DNA of 62,587 nt, counting the filler. It is 5 parts of 5 records of this genome, joined end to end, with 100 filler letters (N's around TTAATTAATTAA, not from the genome) between each part and the next. Parts side by side here need not be neighbours in the genome. Positions count along the whole stretch, not along the records: positions 39,744 to 58,079 come from SRR20825010_4958; 4 more parts are not named here. One strand, written 5' to 3'. The position numbers and the translations under genes were made by a program. The notes beneath the pieces were generated by a model, which did no database searches, was not told where the DNA came from, and worked only from the letters and a program-made list of their open reading frames with translations. The first letter of the stretch is position 1. Every line of letters starts with the position of its first letter. Below are positions 40,090 to 49,294 of this stretch, in pieces.

Positions 40090-41268
40090 TTACAGCACCA
40101 ACGAGGTTGCAAGGAACAGCATCAGGCCCATACCGATAATGTCGGTAAAGGTCGTCAGAAAGATACTGCTGGCGGTAGCCGGGTCGGCACCGAAGCGTTT
40201 CAGCATCAATGGCACCGCTACCCCGAAGATCCCGCTGCCCATGCAGGCGCCGACCATGGCAATGAAGATAACGAGGCCGAGCATGGCTGGGTTGGCGGAA
40301 TCGGTGGACAAGGCGTAAGCAAACATGGCGATGCCGGCAATGACGCCTACCGCAGCACCATTGAGCGCGCCCAGCAGAATTTCCTTGCGCAGTAATCGCC
40401 TGATTGGATAGTCATTGATTTGCCCCAGGGTGATCCCCCGCAGAGTAATCGCCAGCGCCTGACAGCCGGTGTTGCCACTTTGCCCGGCAAGAACCGGCAG
40501 GAAGGCGGCCAATGCAACAATCTGGGCAATAGTGCTCTCGAACATGCCGACCACAAAGGCGGCGGCGAACGCGGTGATCAGATTCACCTGCAGCCAGGGA
40601 TGGCGCATGCGGAAGGCCGCCAGCACCGGTGTGTTGATCTGTTCCTCCTTCGCCACACCGTATTGGGAGCCAGCCTGGGCACTCAATTCCGACGCGATTC
40701 GTTCGTAGAGTTTCCAGCCCCGCACCTCGCCCACAACATGTTGCTGCTCGTCCACCACCGGGTACATGCGGTAGTGTCGGTAAAGCACCTCGCTGACCGC
40801 TTCTTTCACCGGTGTGTCTTCCTGAAAAGCGAAGGGCTCAAGCACCATGATGGAGGACAACGTATCAGAGGGCTTGGCCAGAATCAGGTCCCGCATGCCC
40901 ACCACGCCCACCAGGCGATCACTTTCAGTCACGAAAATGTAACTGATTTCGGAAACGTCAGCGCTTTTTACCATGAAGGTCAGCGCCTCGGCGACGGTAT
41001 TGCTGGCCGGTAGCGTTGCTATTACCGGCGTCATCAGTTCACCAACGGTTTCTTCCATGCCGGAAAGCACTGCGCGGGTCGCCGCTTCTTCCGGCGCTGA
41101 CAGATCTCCCAGGTGTGAAGCAATGATCCTTGCCTGTTCCGCAGGCAACCGCGAAAGGATGAACTGAATATCGTCCACGGGAGACTGCATCAGCTCTTCA
41201 GCGGCATCCAGCGGATTGAGATCGCGCATACGCTCAATCCGCTCGATCAATTCCATATTCTGGGTCAT
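40090..41268 (-). CDS. mgtE: Magnesium transporter (MgtE family)
   Basis: CBS pair, RHPWL, GQSGNTGCQA, DPATAS, TTFTD. Confidence 0.9.
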   Translation of the reverse strand: MTQNMELIERIERMRDLNPLDAAEELMQSPVDDIQFILSRLPAEQARIIASHLGDLSAPEEAATRAVLSGMEETVGELMTPVIATLPASNTVAEALTFMVKSADVSEISYIFVTESDRLVGVVGMRDLILAKPSDTLSSIMVLEPFAFQEDTPVKEAVSEVLYRHYRMYPVVDEQQHVVGEVRGWKLYERIASELSAQAGSQYGVAKEEQINTPVLAAFRMRHPWLQVNLITAFAAAFVVGMFESTIAQIVALAAFLPVLAGQSGNTGCQALAITLRGITLGQINDYPIRRLLRKEILLGALNGAAVGVIAGIAMFAYALSTDSANPAMLGLVIFIAMVGACMGSGIFGVAVPLMLKRFGADPATASSIFLTTFTDIIGMGLMLFLATSLVL

Positions 41269-41368
41269 TTCGCGCTCCGGTATCAGTGCCTGCTATATCA
41301 CTATAGCAACACTGAATGACCAGCACCGGTTGGCATGCCGCAGCCAGAGCGTTTTTTATCACCCCGGT

Positions 41369-41599
41369 TTAGTGCAGACGCCGCATCCGGTTCAGGCCCC
41401 GTATCATCGACCGCACGACGTCTCGCCGCGCCCGATGCTGATCCCGCTTCACTTGCTCAAGATTGATGCCTCCCATCCCATCGCGATATCTGAGCGGTAT
41501 GCTGCTCCGGTGCGACTCTTTTGCACTACGGTCTGCATGCTCGCGGAAAGCCAGCGGATGGCCGCCGCGAAGGTAGGTCTTTTCTGCTGAAATCAACAT
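41369..41599 (-). CDS. Small hypothetical protein (76 aa) divergent from LysR
   Basis: GGAGG RBS before the ATG at 41599; basic amphipathic C-terminus. Confidence 0.55.
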   Translation of the reverse strand: MLISAEKTYLRGGHPLAFREHADRSAKESHRSSIPLRYRDGMGGINLEQVKRDQHRARRDVVRSMIRGLNRMRRLH

Positions 41600-41717
41600 A
41601 TCTCTGTCCTCCCTGGCGCCGCACCTTTTAGCGGAGCGCACTGGTTGTCGTATGAGTTCAGGTACATGCTAAACTTGTTCTAAACTGCAAACTATTCCCT
41701 AGAATCGAGAACAGACT

Positions 41718-42677
41718 TTGCAAAAACGAACAGGAAAACAACCCGACAAATCGCCCACTGCGTCCGCGAGAACACGGAGCAATCTGGCGTGGAATGACTT
41801 TGAGCTGGTGCTCGCCATTGCTACTTCTGGCTCGCTCTCAGGCGCGTCGCGGGCGTTGGGCGTGAGCCACGCTACGGTGTTCCGGCGGCTGGGCGATGTT
41901 GAGCAGCGCCTTGGGGTGATTCTCTTTGAGAGAGGCCGCACAGGTTATCGGCCAACACTGGCAGGGGAAGAACTCGCAGACACGGCAAAGGTCATGGACG
42001 AGGCCGCCCTGGCCGCCGAGCGCAAGGTGGCCGGCCGTGACCTGGAGCCCAGTGGCGAGATCTGGACCACCACAACGGACTCTCTGCTGATGGGCGTGCT
42101 GGCACCGTTGTTCACGCAGTTCCGGCACAAATACCCAGGCATTGTGTTGGATGTTGCGGTGTCCAATCAGTTGTTCAATCTCACACGTCGGGAGGCGGAC
42201 GTGGCTATACGCCCCTCCAACCGTCCACCGGAAAACCTGATTGGCCGGCCACTGACCACCCTCGGCCAGGCGGTCTATGCTCACAAAGACCTCGGCCTGA
42301 CGCCGGGAACCTCCATAGAGGCCCTTGCCAGTGAGCCCTGGATTGGCGCCGGGCCGAGGCTTCAGGATTCTTCCGTGGACCAGTGGATGGATAACCACGC
42401 GCTGAAGCAGGCCTGTGTTTACCGTGTAGATACCCTGGTGAGCATCCTCAGCGCCATTCGCTCCCGCATGGGGCTGGCCGTGATGCCCTGCTATCTCGCG
42501 GACGAGGACCCGGACATCGTTCAACTCACCGACCCCATTCCAGAGCTGGAATACGGCCTGTGGTTTCTGATGCATCCGGACCTGCGAGGCGTGGTGAGGA
42601 TTCATGCGCTGATGGATTTTCTGACAGAGGCCGTCCGCGCCCAGAAAAATCGCCTGGCCGGGCGTCGTTTGCGATAA
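41718..42677 (+). CDS. LysR family transcriptional regulator
   Basis: WNDFELVLAIATSGSLSGASRALG HTH, EADVAIR. Confidence 0.95.
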   Translation: MQKRTGKQPDKSPTASARTRSNLAWNDFELVLAIATSGSLSGASRALGVSHATVFRRLGDVEQRLGVILFERGRTGYRPTLAGEELADTAKVMDEAALAAERKVAGRDLEPSGEIWTTTTDSLLMGVLAPLFTQFRHKYPGIVLDVAVSNQLFNLTRREADVAIRPSNRPPENLIGRPLTTLGQAVYAHKDLGLTPGTSIEALASEPWIGAGPRLQDSSVDQWMDNHALKQACVYRVDTLVSILSAIRSRMGLAVMPCYLADEDPDIVQLTDPIPELEYGLWFLMHPDLRGVVRIHALMDFLTEAVRAQKNRLAGRRLR

Positions 42678-42720
42678 CCGGCTACGCTGATGTCATCCAT
42701 GGGAAGAAGGCAAAAAGACA

Positions 42721-43545
42721 ATGCAATGCGCTCTGATCTATGACTTCGACGGCACCCTCGCCAAAGGCAACTGCGCCGAACACGGCCTGATGCCGGCCTT
42801 GGGTTTGAACGAGCATTCCGACTTCTGGCCGGAAGTGAATCGCAAGAACCGTGAGCGGGACGGCGATGAGATACTCACCTACCTCGGCGAACTGGCCAAG
42901 CGCGCCCGCGATGAGGGCAAGCAGGATGAGCTGAAACCGGAGAGGCTACAGGCCTACGGAAAGTCCATCCCCCTGTTCCCCGGGGTCGTGGACTGGTTTG
43001 ACGCCATCAACCGCTTCGCCAGCGACCAGGGTATTGCCCTGAGCCATTACATTGTCTCCAGCGGGCTGGAGGAGATGATTCGCGGCACGCCGGTGGCAAA
43101 GCATTTCAAGAAAATTTTCGGGTGCCGTTATCACTATGATGAGGCCACCGGGCATGCAAAATGGCCTGCCGTAGCCATCGACTACACCACTAAAACCCAG
43201 TACCTGTTCCGCATCAACAAGGGCATCGAGAACAGCTGGGACAACGTCACCATTAACGAATACATCGAACCCGGTGAACGCCCTGTCCCCTTCGACCACA
43301 TGATCTATTTCGGCGACGGTGACACCGATATCCCGGCAATGAAAATGGTGAAGGCGCAGGGCGGGTGCAGTCTTGCGGTGTTCGACGGTGACAAATGGGG
43401 CGACGGCAATATCCAGAATAAGATCGAAAAGCTTATCTCCGAAGAGCGGGCCAACTACGTGGTACGGGGCGATTACACATCCGGCAGCCAGCTGGATGTC
43501 ACGGTACGGGGAATACTCAGGCTGTATAAGCGGAAGCATGGCTGA
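42721..43545 (+). CDS. HAD superfamily hydrolase
   Basis: YDFDGT motif I, IVSSG motif II, KTQ motif III, GDGDTD motif IV. Confidence 0.9.
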   Translation: MQCALIYDFDGTLAKGNCAEHGLMPALGLNEHSDFWPEVNRKNRERDGDEILTYLGELAKRARDEGKQDELKPERLQAYGKSIPLFPGVVDWFDAINRFASDQGIALSHYIVSSGLEEMIRGTPVAKHFKKIFGCRYHYDEATGHAKWPAVAIDYTTKTQYLFRINKGIENSWDNVTINEYIEPGERPVPFDHMIYFGDGDTDIPAMKMVKAQGGCSLAVFDGDKWGDGNIQNKIEKLISEERANYVVRGDYTSGSQLDVTVRGILRLYKRKHG

Positions 43546-43547
43546 CC

Positions 43548-44192
43548 ATGGCTCCAACCGCAGACCACCCGCTCGCCACCCAGACCATCGTATTGGCTTC
43601 CGGCGAGCAGCTTTATCACCAGGGTCAATGGGATAACAGCGTTTACATCGTCGAGTCCGGGCACCTCAAGCTTGAACACGTCGCGGCCTCTGGCACCGCC
43701 AGTATTGCCGCCGTGCTCGGGGCCGGAGAAATACTTGGAGCCGGACTGGGGAGCACCGAAACCGCGACCCAGACCGCATCTGCCAAAGGCGCTACCCGTG
43801 TTGTTCGCTACACCGCTGAACGCTTCCAGGCCAGCATGGATGCCGAACCTGCATTGGCAGGCCATGTGATCAGGATGCTTGCCCGGCGCCAGGAAATCAC
43901 CGAGCGGCGCCTGTACGCCCTCATGACACTCGATGTGCGCGGTCGGGTTGCAGTGACACTGCTTGACCTTGTAGGCCAGGCTGGCGGCCATTGTGCCCAT
44001 GGGCACGAGGTGGATGTGCCACTGACCCAGCAAGAGCTGGCCGAATTGATCGGTGCCAGCCGGCCGGTGGTCAGCGCTGAACTCAATGAACTGCGTCGGG
44101 AAGGGCTGCTGGATTATACCCGTGGACACATTTGCGTAGTTGATCTCGACAGGTTGTCGGCGTTTGCCAATCGTCGACTCGATGAGTGTTAG
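43548..44192 (+). CDS. Crp/Fnr family transcriptional regulator
   Basis: cNMP-binding-type domain (LYHQG, YIVESG, GEILG) and HTH LTQQELAELIGASRPVVS. Confidence 0.93.
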   Translation: MAPTADHPLATQTIVLASGEQLYHQGQWDNSVYIVESGHLKLEHVAASGTASIAAVLGAGEILGAGLGSTETATQTASAKGATRVVRYTAERFQASMDAEPALAGHVIRMLARRQEITERRLYALMTLDVRGRVAVTLLDLVGQAGGHCAHGHEVDVPLTQQELAELIGASRPVVSAELNELRREGLLDYTRGHICVVDLDRLSAFANRRLDEC

Positions 44193-44202
44193 CTATCTGA
44201 CA
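44187..44202. promoter_or_regulatory. Crp/Fnr-type binding site upstream of cytochrome P460
   Basis: TGTTAG-CTAT-CTGACA; TAGCCT -10-like hexamer at 44224-44229, consistent with class II spacing. Confidence 0.6.
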
Positions 44203-44260
44203 GACGTATTTCCCCATAGGGAATAGCCTTCAGTTCTATTCACCAAACGGAGGCTATACC

Positions 44261-44887
44261 ATGCGAATTAAGACTTCCCTTGCAGCGACCATTGTTATCC
44301 TGGCGCTGAGTTGGGCGCCAGGGGCGGCAGCGGAGCAACAGAGCACATCCGGTGACGCCACGGCGTCAAAAAATCAGTCGTTCTCGCCTTTCGTCGACGC
44401 CAAGGGCAACATTACCCGGCCACAATCGTTCCGTGAGGATTGGGTACACATCGGCAGTTGGTTTGTAGGCAAGGACGATCAGGCCAGTGGGCCCGGCGTT
44501 CATGATGTTTATGCCGATCCATCAGCGGTCAAGGCATTTCAGGCCGACGGCAAATGGCCTGATGGTGCAGTGCTGGTCAAGGAAATCAGGAGCATCGAAG
44601 AAGGCCCCAAAACCACTGGTCACGCCCAATGGGCCGGGGACATTGGTGTCTGGTTTGTGATGGTACGAGACCGTCACAACCGCTTCCCCGACAACACCGC
44701 CTGGGGTGAAGGCTGGGGATGGGCATTGTTTACGACAGACAGCCCCAACACCAGCACCACCGACAACTGGAAAGGCGAAGGCTTCAATAATTGCTTCGGC
44801 TGCCATGTGCCGGCCAAGAACACCGAGTGGGTATTCATCGAAGGCTATCCAACCGTAAGGGACGCAGCGAAGTACGACGCTCAATAA
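44261..44887 (+). CDS. Cytochrome P460 family protein
   Basis: Signal peptide, P..FREDW..IG, VYADP, WPDGAVLVKE (cross-link Lys), GWGWALF, CFGCH haem motif, DWVF-like EWVF..YP. Confidence 0.9.
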   Translation: MRIKTSLAATIVILALSWAPGAAAEQQSTSGDATASKNQSFSPFVDAKGNITRPQSFREDWVHIGSWFVGKDDQASGPGVHDVYADPSAVKAFQADGKWPDGAVLVKEIRSIEEGPKTTGHAQWAGDIGVWFVMVRDRHNRFPDNTAWGEGWGWALFTTDSPNTSTTDNWKGEGFNNCFGCHVPAKNTEWVFIEGYPTVRDAAKYDAQ

Positions 44888-44968
44888 CCACCCAGTCCGC
44901 CATCGATACCGGGTTTTCGGTGGCGGCCAACCCTTCCCATAACCTCAGCAACACTCTGCATCTGGTTG

Positions 44969-45034
44969 AATACCATCTCCCCCACCCTTATGATCGCTGA
45001 GAAAGCCGCCGACTGGATACTGAACGGGAAATAG
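44969..45034 (+). pseudogene. 3'-terminal remnant of a GMC oxidoreductase gene
   Basis: Translates as [21 protein letters not shown], matching the GMC C-terminal signature (NTNxPTxMIAEKAAD); the rest of the gene is absent. Confidence 0.75.
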
Positions 45035-45041
45035 CAGCGTG

Positions 45042-45374
45042 ATGCCAGAACTGAAAACCGTCGGCCTCTTTTTAGTGACCGCCCTGGCCGAGATCGTCGG
45101 CTGCTACCTGCCCTATCTGTGGCTGCGGGAAGGCAAGACCATCTGGCTGCTGATCCCCGGCGCCCTGAGCCTGGCCGCGTTCGCCTGGTTGTTATCGCTG
45201 CACCCGACGGCGGCTGGCCGGGTGTACGCAGCCTATGGTGGTGTTTATATCTTTATGGCGATTCTTTGGCTATGGGCCGTGGATGGCGTTCGGCCAACGG
45301 TCTGGGATCTGGTGGGCACGGCTGTGGCTTTAACGGGCATGGCCATCATTATGTTTGCGCCCAGGGGCACGTAA
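45042..45374 (+). CDS. YnfA (UPF0060) small membrane protein
   Basis: [19 protein letters not shown], four TM segments. Confidence 0.93.
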   Translation: MPELKTVGLFLVTALAEIVGCYLPYLWLREGKTIWLLIPGALSLAAFAWLLSLHPTAAGRVYAAYGGVYIFMAILWLWAVDGVRPTVWDLVGTAVALTGMAIIMFAPRGT

Positions 45375-45390
45375 ACTCACTGAGGATATG

Positions 45391-46266
45391 ATGGCGGGCA
45401 TGACCAACACCACCGTGAGTAAACCCATTTTCTGGCGCGATGCCCGACTGCCCCATGTGGAATTACGCAAGGTCAGCGACGGACGCCAAGTCTGTTATGC
45501 CCCTCACAGCCATACGCAATGGTCCATTGGCGCTATTACCGGCGGCGAAAGCACCTATCAGTATCGGGAGGATCTTTTCCATGTTCGCGCTGGTGATCTG
45601 GTACTGATGAACCCGGAGTGGGTTCATTCCTGCAATCCCATCGATAACCAGCCCTGGGCCTACCTGATGCTGTATGTGGATACCGGATGGCTGACGGATC
45701 TGCGGTTTCGGGCCGGGCTGCTGCCCACCCCACACTGGCAGGACATTGCCACTGCAACCCTCTCGGAGCCCACCTGGTATGAGCGCTACTGCCGCATGGC
45801 AGAGTGTCTTCTGGATGCTCAGCGTGACCTTCTCGACAAGCAGACCGAAGTGGTGGAGTTCCTGTCAGACCTGATGCATGAGTTGGCCCGGCAACCGGTG
45901 ATTCAGCAACCAAAGGCGCCGGATACCCTGACTGAGTTGGCGCGCTATCTGGACAACCACATGGCAGAAGACGTATCGCTGGATACGCTCTGTGAAATTT
46001 CCGGTTACAGCGCTGGCCACCTGATCCGGGCGTTCCGGCAATATTTCGGGCTTACGCCCCACGCCTATCTTCTCAACCGCCGCATCCAGCTAGGGCGCCT
46101 TGAGCTCGCCAACGGCACCCCTATCGCCGAGGCGGCACTGAACGCAGGCTTCGCCGACCAGCCTCATTTCCAGCGCACGTTCAAACGGCTGATGGCGGCA
46201 ACGCCGAATCAGTATCGACAGTCCTCAACCAGTCACCAGATACAGGCAACTGATCGCAAGCAATAA
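45391..46266 (+). CDS. AraC family transcriptional regulator
   Basis: Cupin PHSH...HSCNP; GFADQPHFQRTFK; start uncertain (45388, 45391 or 45400). Confidence 0.92.
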   Translation: MAGMTNTTVSKPIFWRDARLPHVELRKVSDGRQVCYAPHSHTQWSIGAITGGESTYQYREDLFHVRAGDLVLMNPEWVHSCNPIDNQPWAYLMLYVDTGWLTDLRFRAGLLPTPHWQDIATATLSEPTWYERYCRMAECLLDAQRDLLDKQTEVVEFLSDLMHELARQPVIQQPKAPDTLTELARYLDNHMAEDVSLDTLCEISGYSAGHLIRAFRQYFGLTPHAYLLNRRIQLGRLELANGTPIAEAALNAGFADQPHFQRTFKRLMAATPNQYRQSSTSHQIQATDRKQ

Positions 46267-46818
46267 AGCCAAAGTCCGGTTGATGGTCACCAGCACCGCA
46301 GGCCGCTGCACGTATCGCCGCAGGAAAGCCCCCGCATACACCCAGCACGCCAGGGACAACCAACAAATCGGCAGGTAGAGCGACGCAAACAACAGGATCT
46401 GGTTCAAGTCGTTGGCGCTGGTATAGGCGCCGATGCCAGACGCCGAGGCCAGCCAGGCTTTGGGGTTCAGCCACTGCATGATTGCCCCGGTACCGAAGCC
46501 CGGCGCCTTATCAACACCTGTTTCCGGTAGCTGACCGCTGTCCATGGCCAGTTTTATACTCAGATAAAGCAGGAATGCGACACCGCCCCATCGCAACAAC
46601 GTCTCCAGCATCGGCACCATGGTCAGCAGCGAATAGAGCCCCAGCCCCACGGCAACGAACAGTGCGATGAAGCCTAAGGTTGCCCCGGTTACGAAGATCA
46701 GCCCCCGGGAAACCGGATAGCGGGTGCCACTGCTCAGACAAACAAGATTGACCGGCCCCGGGGAAATGGACGCCGCCAACGCAAACGCGGACATGGGCAG
46801 AATCAGGAAAAGGCTCAT
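46225..46818 (-). CDS. LysE/RhtB family translocator
   Basis: ISPGPVN, FLLYL, QWLNPKAW. Confidence 0.92.
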   Translation of the reverse strand: MSLFLILPMSAFALAASISPGPVNLVCLSSGTRYPVSRGLIFVTGATLGFIALFVAVGLGLYSLLTMVPMLETLLRWGGVAFLLYLSIKLAMDSGQLPETGVDKAPGFGTGAIMQWLNPKAWLASASGIGAYTSANDLNQILLFASLYLPICWLSLACWVYAGAFLRRYVQRPAVLVTINRTLALLLAISCLYLVTG

Positions 46819-46943
46819 GGATGGTATTCTCCGTTCAGGTTATGAGCGGAGTTTGCCCCGAACACCGAAGCGGGTATTGAACAAAATTGCGGTTCGCGAA
46901 GAGGTTCCAGGCGATATTTCCCCTGGAACCTCATGCACCGAGT

Positions 46944-48017
46944 TCAGGCGCGCGCTTCCAGAACAATGTTGAACGGAGTTTCCGCCGCTCTGCGGACCTT
47001 GCGGAAACCGCCTTCTTTGATTACTTCTGTCAGCTTTCGCTCTCCCGCCTGAGCGCCGAGCGCGAGACCAGTCTTCTGTGCCAGGGCTGTGGGCACACAG
47101 ATACTGGTGGATGCTGCGTAGAACAGCCGTCCAACCGGGTTGAAGTTATCACTGAGTTCGTCGGCGGCCATTGGTTCAACCACCATCCAGGTGCCATCCG
47201 GTTTGAGTTTTTCGAACACATGGGCGGCCGTACCCGCTGGGTCTCCCATGTCGTGCAGGGCATCAAAACAGGTTACCAGATCGAAATCGCCTTCCTCGAA
47301 ATCACTCGCCGTCGCCTGCTCAAAGCGCACCCGGCCGGGGTCAAGGCCGTGTTCTTCACGATGTGCATTGGCAGCGTCAATGGAGCCCCCATGGAAGTCG
47401 AACCCCACAAACGTCGAGTTGGGAAACGCCGCTGCCATCAACAGAGTGGAGTGGCCATGGCCGCAGCCAAGATCGGCAACCCTGGCTCCGCGCTGCAATT
47501 TCTCTACCACACCGTCCAGGGCGGGCAACCAGCTCTGAACCAGGTTGTGCACGTAGCCTGGGCGAAAGAACTTGGCGACGGCGCAGAACATACATTGAGC
47601 CTGGTCACCCCAGGCAACGCCTTCACCTGTGCGGAACGCAGCGCGCACCTTTGGTTCGTTCTCGAACGTAGTAAAGGCATTTTCGAAGCCCCCAATCATA
47701 TAAACCGGGCTGTTCTCATCTGCGAATACCATCGCCTGCTCCGGAGGCAATCGGAAACGCCTGGTTGCCTGGTTGTAGTCCAGGTAAGTCGAGGCCGCCT
47801 GATGGGCCAGCCATTCCCGTAGATAGCGCTCGGAATAGCCGGTTCTCTCGGCGAGCTCAGACGAGGTTGCCGGCCCGCCACTTTGTAGCTCCCGATACAG
47901 GCCTAGCCGATCACCCATCTTGACCAGGGCGGCGCTGTAGGCGCCACCAAGGTCTCCAAGAACCTGCCCGACAAAGGCATTGAGTTTGTTTTCATCAAAA
48001 ACTTGAGTTGCTTCCAT
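46944..48017 (-). CDS. Class I SAM-dependent methyltransferase with N-terminal winged helix (Rv2258c-like)
   Basis: GDRLGLY, ERYLREWL, VADLGCGHG, FDALHDMGDP, LGAQAG. Confidence 0.9.
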   Translation of the reverse strand: MEATQVFDENKLNAFVGQVLGDLGGAYSAALVKMGDRLGLYRELQSGGPATSSELAERTGYSERYLREWLAHQAASTYLDYNQATRRFRLPPEQAMVFADENSPVYMIGGFENAFTTFENEPKVRAAFRTGEGVAWGDQAQCMFCAVAKFFRPGYVHNLVQSWLPALDGVVEKLQRGARVADLGCGHGHSTLLMAAAFPNSTFVGFDFHGGSIDAANAHREEHGLDPGRVRFEQATASDFEEGDFDLVTCFDALHDMGDPAGTAAHVFEKLKPDGTWMVVEPMAADELSDNFNPVGRLFYAASTSICVPTALAQKTGLALGAQAGERKLTEVIKEGGFRKVRRAAETPFNIVLEARA

Positions 48018-48170
48018 GATCGTTCTCCCGGATTTCGTGGAGGTATGAGGTTGTCGTGGCGACGAACCTACTCTCTTCCCTGAGGAAAACCGGGCACGCA
48101 GCTCACATGACCATAGTGGAGGTATTCCGGTTCGGGCAAAATGATCATCCGCCCGGCAAGCATGACTGAT

Positions 48171-49202
48171 CTACCGGAGTTCATGGAACGACCTCTCCCG
48201 GCGCCAGGTCGCCGGGGCTTGTCCAACGGCACGCTTGAACGAGCGACTGAACGCTTCTTCCGACTCGTAACCCACTTTATGGGCGATGGTGGCCAGCTTG
48301 GCGTTACTTTCAACCAATAGGTTCGACGCCACCTGCATCCGCCAGCATCGAAGATACTGCATGGGTGGCCGCCCAATCAGTTCAACGAAACGCTCCTGCA
48401 GCGCCGAGCGCGAAAGGCCGGCATGACTCGAGAGCTTTTCCAGGGTCCAGGCTTCCGCCGGCTGGCTGTGCATCAGGCTGAGAACCCGGCTCAGGTGCCG
48501 ATCCTTCAAGGCCGCGAGCCATCCGGTCTGCGTTTTCGGCATCGTGCTCAGGTAAAGCCGGATAAGATCCACAAACATCATTTCACTCATCCGTTCCAGA
48601 ACGGCTTCACCACCAGGCCGTCTCGCGCCAGATTCGGCTTGCGCAAGCCTGGCCAACTGGCCGGTCCAGCTGTTTTCAGACAACTCGCTGGCCCGAGCAT
48701 GGATAATCCGTGGTAATGACGTGAGCAAAGGATTGAAGGGGCCGAGATCGCATCCCAGAAAGCCGCACAACAGCGTGGCAACTGGCTGGGACATGTCGGT
48801 TTCGTCATGAGGAGTGGCCGAGCGCACGCGTTTGTTGTCCTGCTGGTGCACCATAAACGGTAAGCCGGCACGCCGTTTGAGATTTGCAATCAGGAATGGA
48901 AGGTCGGGCTCCGCCCTGAGTCCGGGAGCACAGGACATCACATGGGCATCACCATGGGGAAAGAGAATGACATCCCCGGCGTTCATTTCAAACGATGGCT
49001 CCCCCGTTATGCCTGCCCAACAGGTCCCATGCAGCACAACATGGTATTCCATCAGATGCTCAGAGGCCGGCAGGACGGCGCCAGAAATCAAGACCGAGGC
49101 GGGCGCCTCGATCACCCAGGTACCTGCACATTCAACGTGAAAGAACAGTGCTCCGCGCAGGCGAATACGACGAAGCAATCCGGAAAGCACATCCTCGCTC
49201 AT
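48171..49202 (-). CDS. AraC family regulator with cupin_6 domain (RclR-like)
   Basis: DVLSGLL, YHVVLHG, FPHGDAH, WTLEKL, VGYESEEAFSRSFKR. Confidence 0.92.
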   Translation of the reverse strand: MSEDVLSGLLRRIRLRGALFFHVECAGTWVIEAPASVLISGAVLPASEHLMEYHVVLHGTCWAGITGEPSFEMNAGDVILFPHGDAHVMSCAPGLRAEPDLPFLIANLKRRAGLPFMVHQQDNKRVRSATPHDETDMSQPVATLLCGFLGCDLGPFNPLLTSLPRIIHARASELSENSWTGQLARLAQAESGARRPGGEAVLERMSEMMFVDLIRLYLSTMPKTQTGWLAALKDRHLSRVLSLMHSQPAEAWTLEKLSSHAGLSRSALQERFVELIGRPPMQYLRCWRMQVASNLLVESNAKLATIAHKVGYESEEAFSRSFKRAVGQAPATWRRERSFHELR

Positions 49203-49294
49203 GACAGTTGCTCCGACCGCAATCCTGTTTCACAGACACGCGACTGCCTATCTGATCAAATTCCATTCAACCATAACCCGAACAGGAAAGCGCT

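Noticed and set aside
42721-43545. HAD hydrolase as an anti-phage defence gene
   Set aside because: No defence-system neighbours in this contig and no sequence feature beyond the generic HAD motifs
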